Assembly (NCBI GenBank): GCA_024679065.1
Contig: JAGIQG010000004.1
Span: forward strand, 85,808,001 to 85,872,000
Direction of reading: 5' to 3'
DNA length: 64,000 bases
DNA from: Sphyrna mokarran
Lineage: Eukaryota
Positions within the stretch are counted from its first letter, which is position 1. Each line of letters begins with the position of its first letter. This document shows, piece after piece, positions 50,850 through 64,000 of this stretch. The translations under genes and the position numbers were made by a program. The notes under the pieces are model-generated. The model ran no database searches. It had not been told where the DNA came from and saw nothing but the letters and a program-made list of their open reading frames with translations.

Positions 50850-51080
50850 TGCTGAGGAAGTTTTTTAAATTACAGGAGCTAAAGTTCAGGATTTCCAAGC
50901 TTGAGGAGCAGCAGGAGTCACTCTGGTGAGTCAGGGATGATAAAACATTCCAAGATGTTACATTCCAGGAGGTGTCATTGCACAGACAAAGAGAATTCAA
51001 GATAGAAGGGTGGCCACTGAAAGGGTAGGAAGAGGTGGGAGGTGCAGGAGTCTTTGAGATATGTGCCACTGACATTGGAG
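50850..51080 (+). mobile_element. CR1 ORF1 fragment
   Basis: RKFFKLQELKFRISKLEEQQESL followed by ..QIEGWPL resembles the CR1 ORF1 zinc/leucine-zipper region. Confidence 0.5.
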
Positions 51081-51235
51081 ACAGCTAAACTGTGTCATGC
51101 TCCATATATTATAAACTTCCAGTCAATAGTTTATATTTTAAAACTGGTCACAGAAGCCTAAAATGAATGACAGGTCAAGGATGGCCTAAATTCTTTTGTG
51201 GATTGAAATTACTCCCCTGTCTTAAGGGCCTGTAA

Positions 51236-51525
51236 GGTGGTAGAATGTGTAGCACTGCAGCCACACTAGGGACCAAGGTTCAATTCCAGCCTCTAGTGAC
51301 TGTCTATGTGAAGTTTGCACATTCTCCTTGTGTCTGCATAGGTTTCCTTTGGATGCTTTAGTTTTCTTCCACAGTCCAAGGATGTGTAGGTTAGGTGGAT
51401 TGGCCATGATCAATGCATGGGGTTACAGGGTTAAGGTGAAGGATTGGACTATGGTAGGGTGCTCTTTTAGACGGTCAGTGCAGACTCAATGAGCCAAATG
51501 CTTCTTCTGAACTGTAGTGGTTTTA
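51236..51525 (+). mobile_element. HE1/V-SINE-like SINE with CR1-type tail
   Basis: ggttcaattcc B-box, gtgaagtttgcacattctccttgtgtctgc V-domain, tail cagactcaatgagccaaatgcttcttctgaactgtag. Confidence 0.85.
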
Positions 51526-54500
51526 TAATCAGGAAAATTCAAGACTAGCGTGAATCAATGACCCTTTCTGAAACCAATCCAAAAGGATATTATCAAATTG
51601 AATAGGTTATCCAAAAACAGAGATGCTGATTGTATCAAACCTGCAAGATGCTAAACCACAATTCAGAATATTGGAATTAATACACATAGTGTATTTTATT
51701 TTTGGAAAAGGACCTTGAACTTGTAAAAGTCCCATGATGAGAGAGCCATATTGTTGTCAGTTTTATAAATCAACTAGATCACCAAAATCTATCAAATCAG
51801 CTCCAAGTCATCCAAGCAGCCAAGGTAATTAACAACAGTACCTTGAAAGTGGGAGACCCTAGCAGTAAGAAGGACTCCTCCAAGCTGTTCCCGGTAAAAT
51901 TCATCTGAGAGCTAACTTCCTAGAAATTCAAATACAGGAAACCTTGCAACATCTGAGATTCCTTCAGTTTATAAGACATTCACTCGACTTTATAGCATCA
52001 GCTTCATTCAAGAAGCCAGGCCTGCTTACTTGGGAGATGGAGATTATAAAACAAATACCAAATTAGCCACAATTTGGAATAGTACTCAAGTATTCAATTT
52101 TTGTGTGTGCGTGAGAACAAGTGTATGAGAGATGACACAATTTATATTTGGGATAAATATGTGAAATTAAATAACATTTTTAGTTTTAAACTCATAAAAG
52201 CTTGGTGTTGAAATTATTTAACGTTGGAACCACATTCTAATGTGAAAATGCACATCTCTTACATCGCACCAATCAGAGTCAGTAAGAAAAACATATAAAT
52301 TCTTTCCGTGTCAGAATTGGGTGCTGCAGTCTGCGATATAAATCTATGAACTTAAGCAATCTGGTGCAAGTTAATGGAAACTGTTGGGATCAAAGTGACC
52401 AGAAATATAAGTTTTCTTTTGACATTGAAAAGTTTGAAGAACTGGGTTTCTTGTATGGATTGCATGCTTCATTACCCACTTCGCAGATTGGTCACTTCTG
52501 CTGGTATTGTAAGGTGCTGCTGCCTATCTCCTGTAAGGAAGTAGCAGACCCCAACATGACTGCTGTCTGCCTTTGCTGCGTAGACAACTCCTGCCTTCTC
52601 ATGGAGCTCAGTAAAACCAATTGGGTGCTGAATCTTCTCCAACACAGTTAGTTACATTTTAAGGTAGTGTCAATGAATAGTACTGTCGCGGTGTGGCGTT
52701 CAGAGTTAGAACAAATGTTCCGGACCCTAATTTGAAAATTCAGCCCAAAAACTCTATCTCAAGGATCAGATGTGTCATGATGGGCCTGACAGTATTTTCT
52801 CACACAATGTTTGTATGTTTGTAGAAGACAAAAGGTATTGTTCATTCCATACTTTATTGTTCTTTCTGTGTGCATTTCATGCGCTGTCACGAGTTGCAGT
52901 TTTCTTAAGACAAAGGCTTGTTTGTGAAAAGGGTCCAAACGTGTTTGAGAGATGATCGGCCAAATTTATTTGGGAAAGAGGAAGGAAGCAATCTTAACTT
53001 AGGATGAACCTCTCTTAAACCCAACAAACCAAGGCCAGTACTTTCCCTGAGAATGAATAGCTAGAACAATGGTTTTGGGTGCGGCATTCAGATGATAGTG
53101 AATGAATATTGCCTTCTTCCTTTATATCTGCCTTCTAGATATAGCCACCTATAGCTATCCATTGTCAGCTGTTTCAATTATTTATGATAACATTTCTATC
53201 ACTAGTAAAACAACCATTCATAACTCAGACCTGCCAAGGTTTTATTTGTTATTAATAGGCTGAACCATTTCTTCTCATTGATTTATTTCATAATTGTAAA
53301 TTTTCAAACAATGCCTTTTTACTTAAGTCACATTGTTTGTTATCATGATATTTTAAAAATACATTCACAGGATATAGATGTCACCAGCAAGGTCAGCATT
53401 TATTGTCCATCCTTAATTGCCCTTGAGAAGGCAGTAGTGAGCTGCCTTCCCACCATGATAGGGTTTTGAATTCATGTTTTTCAATAACCCAGTCGGTTAC
53501 ATAAGCACCATGCTAGCTCATCTCTGTACAAGTTGCACTCTTTCTTACTATCGGTAAAGGGTATTCATAATCTGAGGTCACTATAGCTGAACTTTCAAGT
53601 TATTGTGACTTTTATTCTGAATGAATTTTACTTTCCTGTCTTTGTTTAGAGTATGCTCATCACGCAGGGGGTAGAATATTTTTTCCTTTTGTTAGGCAAC
53701 CAGCAGACAAAGAAGAATTTAATACCAACACATTTGGCTGCACTTTGACCTGGTGGCAGAGGTTAACAGCAAATGTCCAATAGACTGCAGAATTGAACCC
53801 TGCACGCCAGCATTGCTGCCAATCCCTCCTTTGTTGTTCCTGAGTTGTAAAGCACAAACACATTAGCTCAGCAGTTCAATTCCTTCTTGCGGCAGCACTT
53901 TGACAAAGAGGACAAATATAATGGTGAAATTCTAATCCATTGGAGGAATTATCTGCAAATATCAATAGGGATGAGGATGGGGTGGATCTGGAATTATTCC
54001 CAGTGTATCCTGGAGAGTCTGCCAGACACACTTGGAAATTGTAACGCAGGGGGGGAGACATAGGTGCCCAATAAACCACCATATTGATATCATGAAGTAA
54101 AATTCCAGAAGGAATCAATTGCTTCTAGAATTGCACGTCCACAAACGAGACAACAGAATAGTTGGCTAATTTTAATATTTTTGACTCCATTTGATTTGGC
54201 TCTCCCCCATGGGGTGGCAAGATGGCAATTGTGTAATATTGCATTTTCAAATGCTTTGTGCCCCTTCTGAATTGCTACTGGCATAGGAACACCTCTAGAA
54301 TGGAATTTACCTTCTCTCTAGAATTTTTCAATCTGATCTAAGGATGTGGGTGATGCTAGCCTTATCCTAAGTGTCTTATATTTAAGAGTTGTTTGTCAAT
54401 CCTAGCATGGATATAATTCAGCTACTGTTGTAGATCAGCATGAGTTGTTTCAGTATCAGAGGTGTTGTAAGTAGGTTTGAACACTATTGAATTATCAGCT

Positions 54501-57348
54501 GAAAGTGGTTGGTCCAAGAAAACTGCCCTGAGGAATTCCTGCTTAATGTGCCACGCTGTGATGAATGGCCTCCAACAATGATGAGAAATCTTCCTGTGTG
54601 TCAAACATGAATGCAACCGCTGTAGTTTCCCACTGCCCCAACTTACACTCAGACTTTTGGTGGCATGCTGAGTTGATGTAGAACACAGATGCACTCACTG
54701 CTCTTTGAACACTCAGCTGATGTTACCACATCTGAATCAGCACTGTGATAAGTTCAGGAACAAAATAGCTCTGACAGAATCCAACAGGAATGGCATGACC
54801 AAAGTACCGAGTAACAGTTCCCCATACCTCAATTCTGGCAGCTGGAATGTTTTAGCATTTCAGTCAGAATTCATTGTAATGAGACATCATACATTATCAA
54901 CATAGTGGTTAGAGTTACTTAGTTATCTGCTGAATGAATGAATCCACATGAGGTGCAATTGATTTTAACCTCTTACACATTAACCTCAAACTACTAGGTA
55001 ATAACATAAATATAGCTGATGAGCTTACAGATACAATGATGCAAGAGCTAAGAAATAGCCACTTAGTTCAGTAAGCATCTATGCATCATATATATTATAC
55101 TGCAACTTGGGCTCTTTTTCATTGATATTATGAATTGAAGGAGCTCTCTCATCCCCAAATCAAAAGAAAAGTACATAATATTCCTTCAATCTCACATCTC
55201 TATTGTTCAAACCTGATCTCCACAGGTAGTATTTCCCTCTTTTCACCACTAATTTGCCTCTGAACAAGAAACATCAGGGCTGATCTTTCACCTGCAGCAG
55301 TGCATGAGAGCGAGTGCGGGTGAGGGTTCAAATTCACTGACATTTACAGTGCATTTCAAAGCTGGCAACTTCTACATTTGACTTGCCAATTTCCGTACGC
55401 CGATCCCTCAATTAGAACAAATATTTCAGCAAACTTGACTTTAACGTTTCCCAAGTTTCATCAAACTTTCCAGTGAATTTCCATTGGGAATTGAGAGGTT
55501 GAATCAATCTCAGGAAAATATGCCAAAAAAACTGTGTTCACAGTTGCTGATGTGGACATGTTGCTTACATGCTAATGGGAAAATACCTTTTCTGAGAGGT
55601 TATTTCATAGACTTTGGAAGCTTGCTCCATCCCATCACTGCTGTTATGCTGCCTTAATGAGGGCCAAGATGATCAGTGAACTTTCACTGGTTACAGACCT
55701 AAGGCTGTATGACAGAATGGGGAGCAGCAGAGAGAGAGAGAGGCAGTAAAAAAGGGAGTAAATGAAATGAGAGCACCAGAGAGACAACTAGCTGATACTC
55801 ACAGCAAACATTATCCTCAAAATAACTTACAAGAAGCAGATCAGTTCCTTTAACATATCTGAACAGAAGCATTCCAGGAGGCTCAGGATGTTTCCTGAGT
55901 TGGTGTCAGATGTCCGGATCTTCTGAAAAGTCCTGCCACCTGCTGGACAATGTCCTACCAGCTACCAATCACCGCTTCCCTCAACACTTTCCCTCTGGAT
56001 CTCTCCAGGACTCTCTGGTAGATGTATACAAAGAGATAAAACAGAGACCAGGTGAATAGTGAGTCTTTTTGTTTAATTTGTTTGAGGTATGTGGGCATCA
56101 CTGGCAAGGCCTACATTTGTTGCGCATCCCTAATTGTCCCTGAGAGATATTAAGGGTCAACCATACAGATAGAATCTCATATAGGTCAGACCCACTAAGG
56201 ATAGGTTCATTTTCACAAGATGAATTTTTATGACAATCAATGAAAGTTTCAAGGTCACAATTACAAAAAGTAACTTTCAATTACAGATTTTTTTTAAAAA
56301 TTGAATTTAAATTTAATTGAATTTAAAGCTGTCTCCCAGACGATTAGCCTGAGCCTCTGGATTACTAGTCCAGCGACATTACCGCTACTCCATTGCCTTC
56401 GTCTGCCTGTCAGTTATGCAAGGATGCCAGTCACTCAGCTTTGTGACTCTGGTTGTACATGCCAATCTGTACATGTTCAGAACATTGAGGAGTATTTGTG
56501 AACCATAAGGACTTTAATCGACGTGTAGCTGGCGTGAAATCAGAGAGAGAAATTTATTGCACATTTGCAATAGATTCCTGGGCAAAATGCCATGATGCTT
56601 TTTTCCTCTGCAGTCTCACTTCTCTGATCACTTCCCACCTGGAAGAAGACTTAAAAGGGGTGGCTGCTAAGAATTAAGGGACACCAGGGTAAACCTGACC
56701 TATGACATACATCAGAAACCGTAACACTGAAAGCCAACAGCAGCACAATGAATATCACCACCAGATGTGTGACTGAATTGGCCAATGACATGATGAAGAT
56801 TGGCCAATGACATGATGGAGACTGAGCAGATGCAGAGGTGCCTTTTCAGGATGCACCAATCAGAGTCATTATATATGCTCTGCTAACAATATTCTTTCTT
56901 ACAGTACAATTGCATTTCATTTCCTCATGTTCCCGTTTATATTATTCACATTACTATCCTTGCCTGGTGACTTATTCCACAATTCTGGGTGAAATTGTTG
57001 GATTTGATATTCTTGCTCTCAATTTTTCAGCAAGCTCGCCATTGGGATTTCAGCCAGCTGCTGTTTGTGATCAATTTGCTGGGATCAGTCTGCAGCTTAT
57101 GGTAAATAGCACCAACACTCGGTTTCAACTCTGGAGAAAGACTATGTCAAATGGATACATGTTGAGCAATGAATTTTAGACCTCATTAAAGTGGGTTGGA
57201 GGGGTGCGAGGATTGAGGCTGATTACTTTGTAATTCTGCCCTGCTGGGTCAGCTGAAATAAAATATATGGGAAAATTCAAAAAGACTCACGAGTGATTGT
57301 AGCCTGGGGTAGTATTCCAGAGACTCAGACTAATGATTTAAAGACATA

Positions 57349-57720
57349 GGACCTGATTTTACCATTGTGTTGCACTCATTTTCAGGCATGAAATTGTAGT
57401 AAAGTAGAGCGATCCACGCGCACCTCCACACCAGGTTCCCCTTTACTAAGGTCCGAAAATGGCCAGAATCAGGATACCCTCCAAAATGGGCCCTATGCCA
57501 TTTAGCTGCATTTGCATGCATTTAAATTGATTTAATCGGCTGCACATCCAAATTTACTGGCATTTTCCCTTTTACTATCTCATTTGCCCATTCAGAATTA
57601 GTGAGAATCAGACATGTTCCATATAAGTCTGATTTAGGCATTCCGTCAGTGAGAGTTAGTGATCTCTGCAAGTTTCCTTCCCTAATTGCCACAAATGGGT
57701 ATTTTTTCTCCTGCTCTTCA
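57349..57720. mobile_element. Fragment of non-autonomous DNA element related to 46202
   Basis: Shares the terminus ggacctgattttaccatt and the ttgcatgcatttaaatt motif. Confidence 0.4.
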
Positions 57721-57837
57721 TAACCGCCATCTAGGGAGGAACCACTAAGATGACCACGATCTTTGCTCATTCAAACTCCATTTTGACATTCCCAATTCTC
57801 TGACAGCCAACTCTTGCTCCTTCATGTTTGGAGCTTA

Positions 57838-57965
57838 CATGGAATCATATGGGTTTACAGCATGGAAACAAGTCCTTCGGCCCAATTTTTCCATGCTGCC
57901 CTTTTTCTGAACCACTAAGCTAGTCCCAATTGCCCACGTTTGATTCATATCCCTCTATACTCACC
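57838..57965 (-). mobile_element. CR1 3' tail fragment
   Basis: tacagcatggaaacaagtccttcggccc...ctaagctagtcccaattgccc is the reverse complement of a CR1 3'UTR. Confidence 0.7.
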
Positions 57966-59098
57966 TTAGCCTGAACTCCTGGGGTTAAGTTTGACTCAGA
58001 TCCACATAACACCCACTGCCACTGATTGAGCAGGAAACAAAATGATATGGCTATTTAAAAAATCTACTGACAGATCTGACTTATTGTTGCCTTTCCAAAT
58101 GCTATCAGAGTGCCCACTATCTACCACCCTTCAATCTACAACACTGTAAATTTAAAACCGGGCTCAAGTTTGCTGGTTTAGTGTTCAAACTTCGCAATTC
58201 CAGTATTTTCTGTTTATTTTGTGTGCAGGCAGAACCTAGTGGTAATAATTTCTTCAAAGATAATAAAGATGTTCCATAAATTCAATTAATGTTCAATGTT
58301 CAACCTCGCATTGTGTTGTATCATGTAAAATGTTAACTTAAGAATGCTAATAGGCAGTCAGCCCATTCTACATTCAGCACACTCAAGATTTAATCAGCCT
58401 ATTTCAAGTCTTTCCTGACCCATATCGAACTATTTTTGCTGAATTAGGAATTGATCCATTTCTTTCAGAGTCATTATTCATTGGACCAATTAAAGTCAAT
58501 GTGCACACTGAAGAAGTTACTTTTTTTCTTTATTTGTGGCTTCTTCGGTCTATAATTACATGCTCTATTTTTATTATTCTTGTTATTCATCAAAAGAATT
58601 CTTGGCATCCATGTTATCATTTCTTGTTTATTTCAATTGTTTGGGATTTATGAATTGAATCTTTTTTTAGATGAAAAGAGTGCTCTATCTTCATCGGACA
58701 CAGTAAGTGTGGGGGAGGGGCGGGGGAATAGTGTAACTATTTCACATGTCAGGACCAGCAAGGCTTGGAGATGCAAGGACATCCTGTTGGCTGGGAAACA
58801 CTGGAGAAGAGACCAGAGAACCAAATAAGTGTGAACGCAGCCAGTGGTAGGTCCAACCACAGAATAAGGGAGATCCATTCTTGTGTTAAGGATTTGATCT
58901 ATGTAGAGTGTCCGATGCCAGAATGGGAATGTCAAATCCGGATGCAGGGGTCTCATCCATGCCACTAGGTAAGGTTTGGAATATCTGATTCCTGATTCTG
59001 AAGGAGAATTTCAAGCCTTAAGGCATGATAGATCCCATGAATGCCTAATCTCAGGGAGTTTGATCCCACAGGAAAATCTATCAAAAATCAGAGACTGA

Positions 59099-59224
59099 GG
59101 GCAGGATTTTGCATCTGTGCTCACTCCAAGGCCATAAAATCCCACCTCAAGTCAATGGGCTTTTGCATGATCTAACCCCGTCTACTATGATTCCTGTGAA
59201 GGGCAGGATGGGAAAATCCACCCC
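59099..59224. mobile_element. ~125-bp Harbinger-like MITE
   Basis: TIRs gggcaggatttt ... aaaatccaccc; the interior aligns by eye with 13261-13386. Confidence 0.75.
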
Positions 59225-60129
59225 GAGGGTTCAGAGGCTGACAAAGGGAGGGGACAGTTGGTCAGAAATTGAAGGCACAAGGGATTGAAATCTCAGCGCA
59301 GATGAGGTTAGTGACTTCAAGGGAGAGGTTAGAGACCTCTGGAGGGGTCAGAAGTCTGACTATAAGGAAGATCAGAGGTCCTTCCTTAGAGATTGGAAGA
59401 TTCGGGGAAGAAGTCAGAGGTCTTGATGAGAGGTGAGAGGGAGATTGAACAGGTGGGCAGAGGTTCCTGGATGGGCGGTTGAAAAGGCAAGGACATTATT
59501 TCCACTATACAAATCCTTCTGGATTCAACAGTCTTTGTTTTCCTTTTGGTGGCTGGTTTACTGAAGCCCTGGAAATCCATCTGGCCAGTTAAGTTTGAAA
59601 TGATACTTAAATGTCAGGCACACCACTTCATCATAATGATTAAATTGTCAACCTGCCTTGTGGGTGTGAGCTGGTCGCCTTCCTCTCCACACATTCCTCC
59701 TCACACAGTTGTATAGAGCACTCTTCTAAATCATAAACAATGACCATAATCAAAAGGTTCACATGCACAGGGTGGATCTGTTAAGTTCCATTGTTTATGA
59801 AGGGGACAGCTTCTCAAGAGCTTTTTGGAACTGTTCCAGTCAACATTGTACCAGCCCACAGGAATCTAAACAAGCAAGCATATGAATTGGCAAAAGCTCT
59901 TTTAAAAAGGACAGGTCAAGCAATCGACCCTTATATAACAATTTTTTGAACCAGGAATTAATGGTTAGGGAGACCATTACTAACCTGCCAGCGCATGCTT
60001 TCAATTTGATTCTTAACTGATAAGATATTGATAGCTCCAATAGAGTTTCCAGCTGTCTACCTTCATTAAAACTGTGTGGATTGGATGTAGACTGAGTCAG
60101 AAATTAGATTTTTAAGTCAGTACATGTCT

Positions 60130-61005
60130 TTGCCACAAAGCTGGGTAGCAGGATGCAAAGAACCTTCAGTGTGATTTGGACAAGTTGAATGAGTGTGTAA
60201 ATGAACAGCAGATGCAGTACAATTTGGACAAATGTGATATTATCCGTTTTGGTAACAGAAATGGGAATGCAAATTACATCCGAATTGCCATAAATGAGGA
60301 GAGGGGAATGTGAAACAAGACATTGCTGTCCTCGTACAGCAGTCATTGAAAGCAAGCATGCAAGTGCAGGAGGTGGTTAAAAAAGCAAATGGTATGTTGG
60401 TCATCATAGTGAGAGGATTAGAGTACAGGAGCAAAGATGTCTTGAAGAAATTATACAAGGTCTTAGAGAGGGAATATTGTGTGCACTTTTGAACACTCTA
60501 TCTGAGGAAGGATATTCTTGCTCTAGAGGAAGTGCAGAATGTTTACCAGGTTGATTCCTGGAATGGTCCGTCTGACGTATGATGAGAGATTAAGTCGGTT
60601 AGAATTGTACTCACTGGAATTCAGAAGAATGAGGGCAGATCACATAGAAAGTTTTAAAATTCTAACAGGACTAAACAGGGTAGATGCAAGAAGGACGTTC
60701 CAGGTCATGGGTGTGTTCAGAAACAGGGATCACAATCTGAGAATACAGATAGACCATTTAAGACAGAGATGAGAAGAGATTTCTTTACCGAGAAAATGGT
60801 CAGTCTGTGGACTTCACTACTACAGCAAGTAGTTGAGGCCAAAACATTGAAAGTTTTCATGAAGCAATTAGATATGGCATTTGCGGTGAAGCAGATCAAA
60901 TGATATGAGGGGAAGGTAGGATCAGGCTATTGGTTTGGATGATCAGCCATAGAGCAGCAGATCTGAAGGCCTGAATGGCCTCCTTCTGCTGTTATTTTCT
61001 AAGTT
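60130..61005 (+). mobile_element. CR1 LINE 3' part
   Basis: SLKASMQVQEVVKKANGML, FTRLIPGM..LYSLEFRRMRADHIESFKIL, FFTEKMVSLWTSL; 3'UTR ctgaatggcctccttctgc. Confidence 0.92.
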
Positions 61006-61339
61006 TGGATCTTTGTAATGTCAGATAAGGCAGAACTGGTTAAAGAGTGGTAGAGAAATGGAATTTAAATTATGATACTTCATTTTAAAAATGGGAGGAG
61101 TTGTCAAGCAGATTTAAAATTTGGATAAGATAAAGACTAAAGAAGTTTGGAAAAAGAATCAGTTAAAAAGGAATTAATTCTAGAGTGCCCGGATGGTTTT
61201 TGATATGTGCTTTTATTTACAGTAGATTAAGCAGATATTTACTTCAGTGAATTGGAGAATAATAGAGTATAGAATTGGAAGTGTTAAAACTACAGATTTG
61301 AGTTCAAAGTGGTGACATAACAATGTATGTCACACTTAT

Positions 61340-62678
61340 ATATTAAGACCATAACTTCCAAGGCAGGGCGCTTCACAGTTGAAGAGATCCTTGTACTTTA
61401 TCATTTCCAGAGACTGGTGTTGCAGAGCATGTGTACTTCTAAACCAAATGTTTTAATGCTCCGACGACTTAGCAGTGGCCTTACGTTCTAGTTGACTATG
61501 CAAAACATGAAACTTCCCCGTGTGTAATTAAAAGTGCCCATACTTTCTATGTGGATGCTTTGTCTGCCATAGGCCCACAAGGTCACCTGGGTATTTGGGA
61601 TTGGTACTGCAAATAGGTCTAGTTCTCATAGCATTTGACTGAGTAATATATTGCACTTTGCTCCAGTTTCACTTCTTGCCTCCAGTTTTGTGTTGTTACA
61701 ACCATGTTCAGGGAGAAGATCTCACCCTTTTCAGTGATGGTGTCGACACTTTCACAATAAAGAGTTGTTGAAGGCTGAGTTCCAGTTCATTCACCTTGCT
61801 GATGCTTCTAACTTGGAGAATTAATTGGCTGCAGCATGGCTCTTGTCAAAAGTAAGCTGCTATGATTTCATTCTGCAACATTTTTTGAAGTGACTCCACT
61901 TTCCACATTTGTTGTAGCATTTACCATGTGCCAAAAATGCTATCCTATTCTGGGGGTGATATCCAATAAAGTTGAGGCAAGGCATAACTGCAAAAACTTT
62001 AAGCTTCTTGCTGCTTTTCCAGACTGTTTAGAATGCAGACACTAATGTCACAGCAGCTGGTTGTGGACTCCTATTTGATCCCTGACTAATTCAGTAGTAA
62101 GAATGTAAAATGTACATTTCTTTGCTAAGATTTCCAAAGTTGCTATGTATCATTGTATCAATTTGTTAGGTCCGTGATTTTTAGTGTTAAACGTATGCCT
62201 ATCTGGCAGGCAAATGTTCTCAAACTTTTGTAGAATTATTTCAGGTTCCTCTTTCTCCTCCTCCACTTGAAACACAAAGGACCTGTCTTTCTCAATGGCC
62301 TTATGGCCTGCTAGATTTAGTGAGGTATAAGCTTGGAATTTTTTTAGATTTGTCCAATAATTCAACATCAGAATATACACACCACCCCTTTTCAAACCTG
62401 AGCCAGTTTTTCATTATATTCTCATTGAAGTTGATGCAGCAAAGTTGTTGTGCCATGCTGCCAACTCCTGACACCATGTATAAGTGTTGAGCTCCCAGAG
62501 ACTGGCAACTAAGGAATTGTAACAAACAATAATTTATTCACTAGCTGAGGAGACACTCCATGCTTATGTTTTGCCTGTGATTTGGGGAGATCTGCTATGC
62601 TTCCGTCACATGACCTCTTAAGTAACCATGTCATCATATGACCACTCAGTCTATCTTAATAATGATTAAAATAATACA
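61340..62678 (-). mobile_element. Truncated Ty3/Gypsy LTR retrotransposon (5' LTR, PBS, gag, protease remnant)
   Basis: gag SLNLAGHKAIEKDRSFVF..PEIILQKFENICLP..RHTFNT (62150-62395); zinc knuckle GKCYNKCGKWSHFKKCCR (~61870-61930); protease-like ETGAKCNI (~61645-61670); PBS tggtgtcagga at 62476-62466. Confidence 0.85.
62477..62678 (-). repeat. Gypsy 5' LTR (~200 bp)
   Basis: TG...CA ends with near-inverted termini (tgtataa / taataca), internal AATAAA (minus strand, ~62533), directly abutting the PBS. Confidence 0.7.
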
Positions 62679-63529
62679 AAACTTCACTGATGCCAGATAA
62701 AGAACAGTGAAGCATTTTCACTGTTCACAGTGAAGCATTGGATTTATATATTTGCCAACATATCACAGGGAATTAATGAGTTTCAAGACCTACTAGCTGC
62801 TAAATGTGGCGTTTATTTCATCGTAACATATTTTCCTAAAACCAACTGCACAGCTCATTACAAACTAATTTCTTCATGGGATCCTTGAATCAGTATTAAG
62901 ACCTCAATTTACAAATATAAAAAATATTTAAAACAACCTCAAAAGTTTAGCAATGACTAATCCATGACTACAGTAATTTCCACTCAATGTACAGCTGCAT
63001 GTCTAAGAATTGCAACTTTATATTAATCAAAATTAAATGAAACAAATAATCCTATGATAACCAATGTAAAAGCTTTAGTTAAGTTTTTTAGACAGTTCAT
63101 CATCAGCAAAGAACTTTAAAACAGATACTTTGTACATTTCTAAATTCCTACATTTGTATATGAAACAACTGTTAAAAGAAAATAAATTTAAAAGTGTAAA
63201 AAAAAAATATGCTGACACATTCTATTTACTTCCTGGTCACTGTCTTCCACTCCCCAACTTTTCCACTTGCTGACCCCCAGTTGCCAACCTCTCTCCCTCC
63301 CCAACCCTCCCACTCCCTGAGCCTCCCATATCCTGAGCCTCCAACTCACCATCTCTCCTGCTCCCTTAACCTCCCACTCCCTGACCCTCTGACACTCTGA
63401 CCCTCTAGCTCACCGCTACCTGTTCCCTGATAAGATGTAATTAAGTAAAAATACATCCACATTGGAACCAAATAAAGATAATGTTTATGATATTGTCTGT
63501 TGCAATTGATTTTCCTCAATTTTTAAAAT

Positions 63530-64000
63530 CAATTTTCTAAATCTGCTTTTATTGCAGTATTATATACAAAAATATACATATAATATTATAATCACTGGAA
63601 ATAAAAATATCATTTTAGAAAAGAAATGAATTTCCCAGCAACTATTGGGATGAATCACAAAACAAGTTTTCACATCTAAGTTATTTACTGAAACAAACAA
63701 ACTAAAAGCAACATTAACTGAACATTACTCAACTGGCAAATAATATGCCAAACTACAGAAAAAGTTATTAACCAAGCAACACAACTGATAAATTCTTCAT
63801 GATCTGTTTCTACTTTACATCATATAGCTTGCAGACATGTCTTTCAACATGAACTCTTCTTGACTTTTCCACAGGCTTTCTTCAGCCTTCCCTGCCAGGG
63901 TGAATCTTCCGGCATCCTTCAATCATTAATCCACCCAGTCTTTTGAATGAGCCCAAATTGACTGCTAGCGACAAGGCCCACTCCAGCAACTCCTTGGTCC
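63530..64000 (-). other. Possible terminal exon / 3'UTR of a gene lying beyond the right edge
   Basis: Non-repetitive sequence; minus-strand AATAAA at 63553-63548 in a UTR-like AT-rich tract; an open frame from the window edge to TGA at 63882 (TKELLEWALSLAVNLGSFKRLGGLMIEGCRKIHPGREG*). The protein is not recognised. Confidence 0.3.

Noticed and set aside
51590-52330. Possible solo LTR
   Set aside because: The texture is LTR-like, but no clear TG..CA ends, TSD or second copy were found.
53876-54118. 80-aa minus-strand ORF in unique sequence
   Set aside because: Non-ATG start, no recognisable domain or convincing splice sites; the length is within chance expectation.
58754-58968. Plus-strand exon (tgtcag acceptor, TAG|gtaagg donor)
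   Set aside because: Weak acceptor, unrecognisable peptide ending in a stop at the donor, and no partner exons identified.

Overview
Eukaryotic, repeat-dense, apparently intergenic or intronic DNA, very likely from a cartilaginous fish (shark). This is inferred from HE1/V-SINE-like and DeuSINE-like SINEs and abundant HER1-like CR1 LINEs. I could not identify an intact host protein-coding gene, and nearly every ORF in the track is a decayed transposon fragment or chance. The window holds a near full-length degenerate L1 (minus strand, ~671-5060) whose 3' end is replaced by a perfect 339-bp fold-back inverted duplication. It also has many CR1, L2 and Rex1/Babar LINE fragments, and a decayed PIF/Harbinger element (transposase plus Myb-like gene) with its own internal ~300-bp inverted duplication. 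Further elements are short Harbinger-like MITEs with 3-bp ANT-type target duplications, Penelope-like (GIY-YIG) ends carrying minimal hammerhead ribozyme motifs, and a truncated Gypsy LTR element with LTR and PBS. A possible minus-strand terminal exon/3'UTR lies at the right edge. Family assignments come from remembered protein and nucleotide motifs, not database searches, and most boundaries are approximate (tens of bp). I found no evidence for a wholly new biological system; the best leads are structural oddities and ribozyme or SINE-LINE partner observations.
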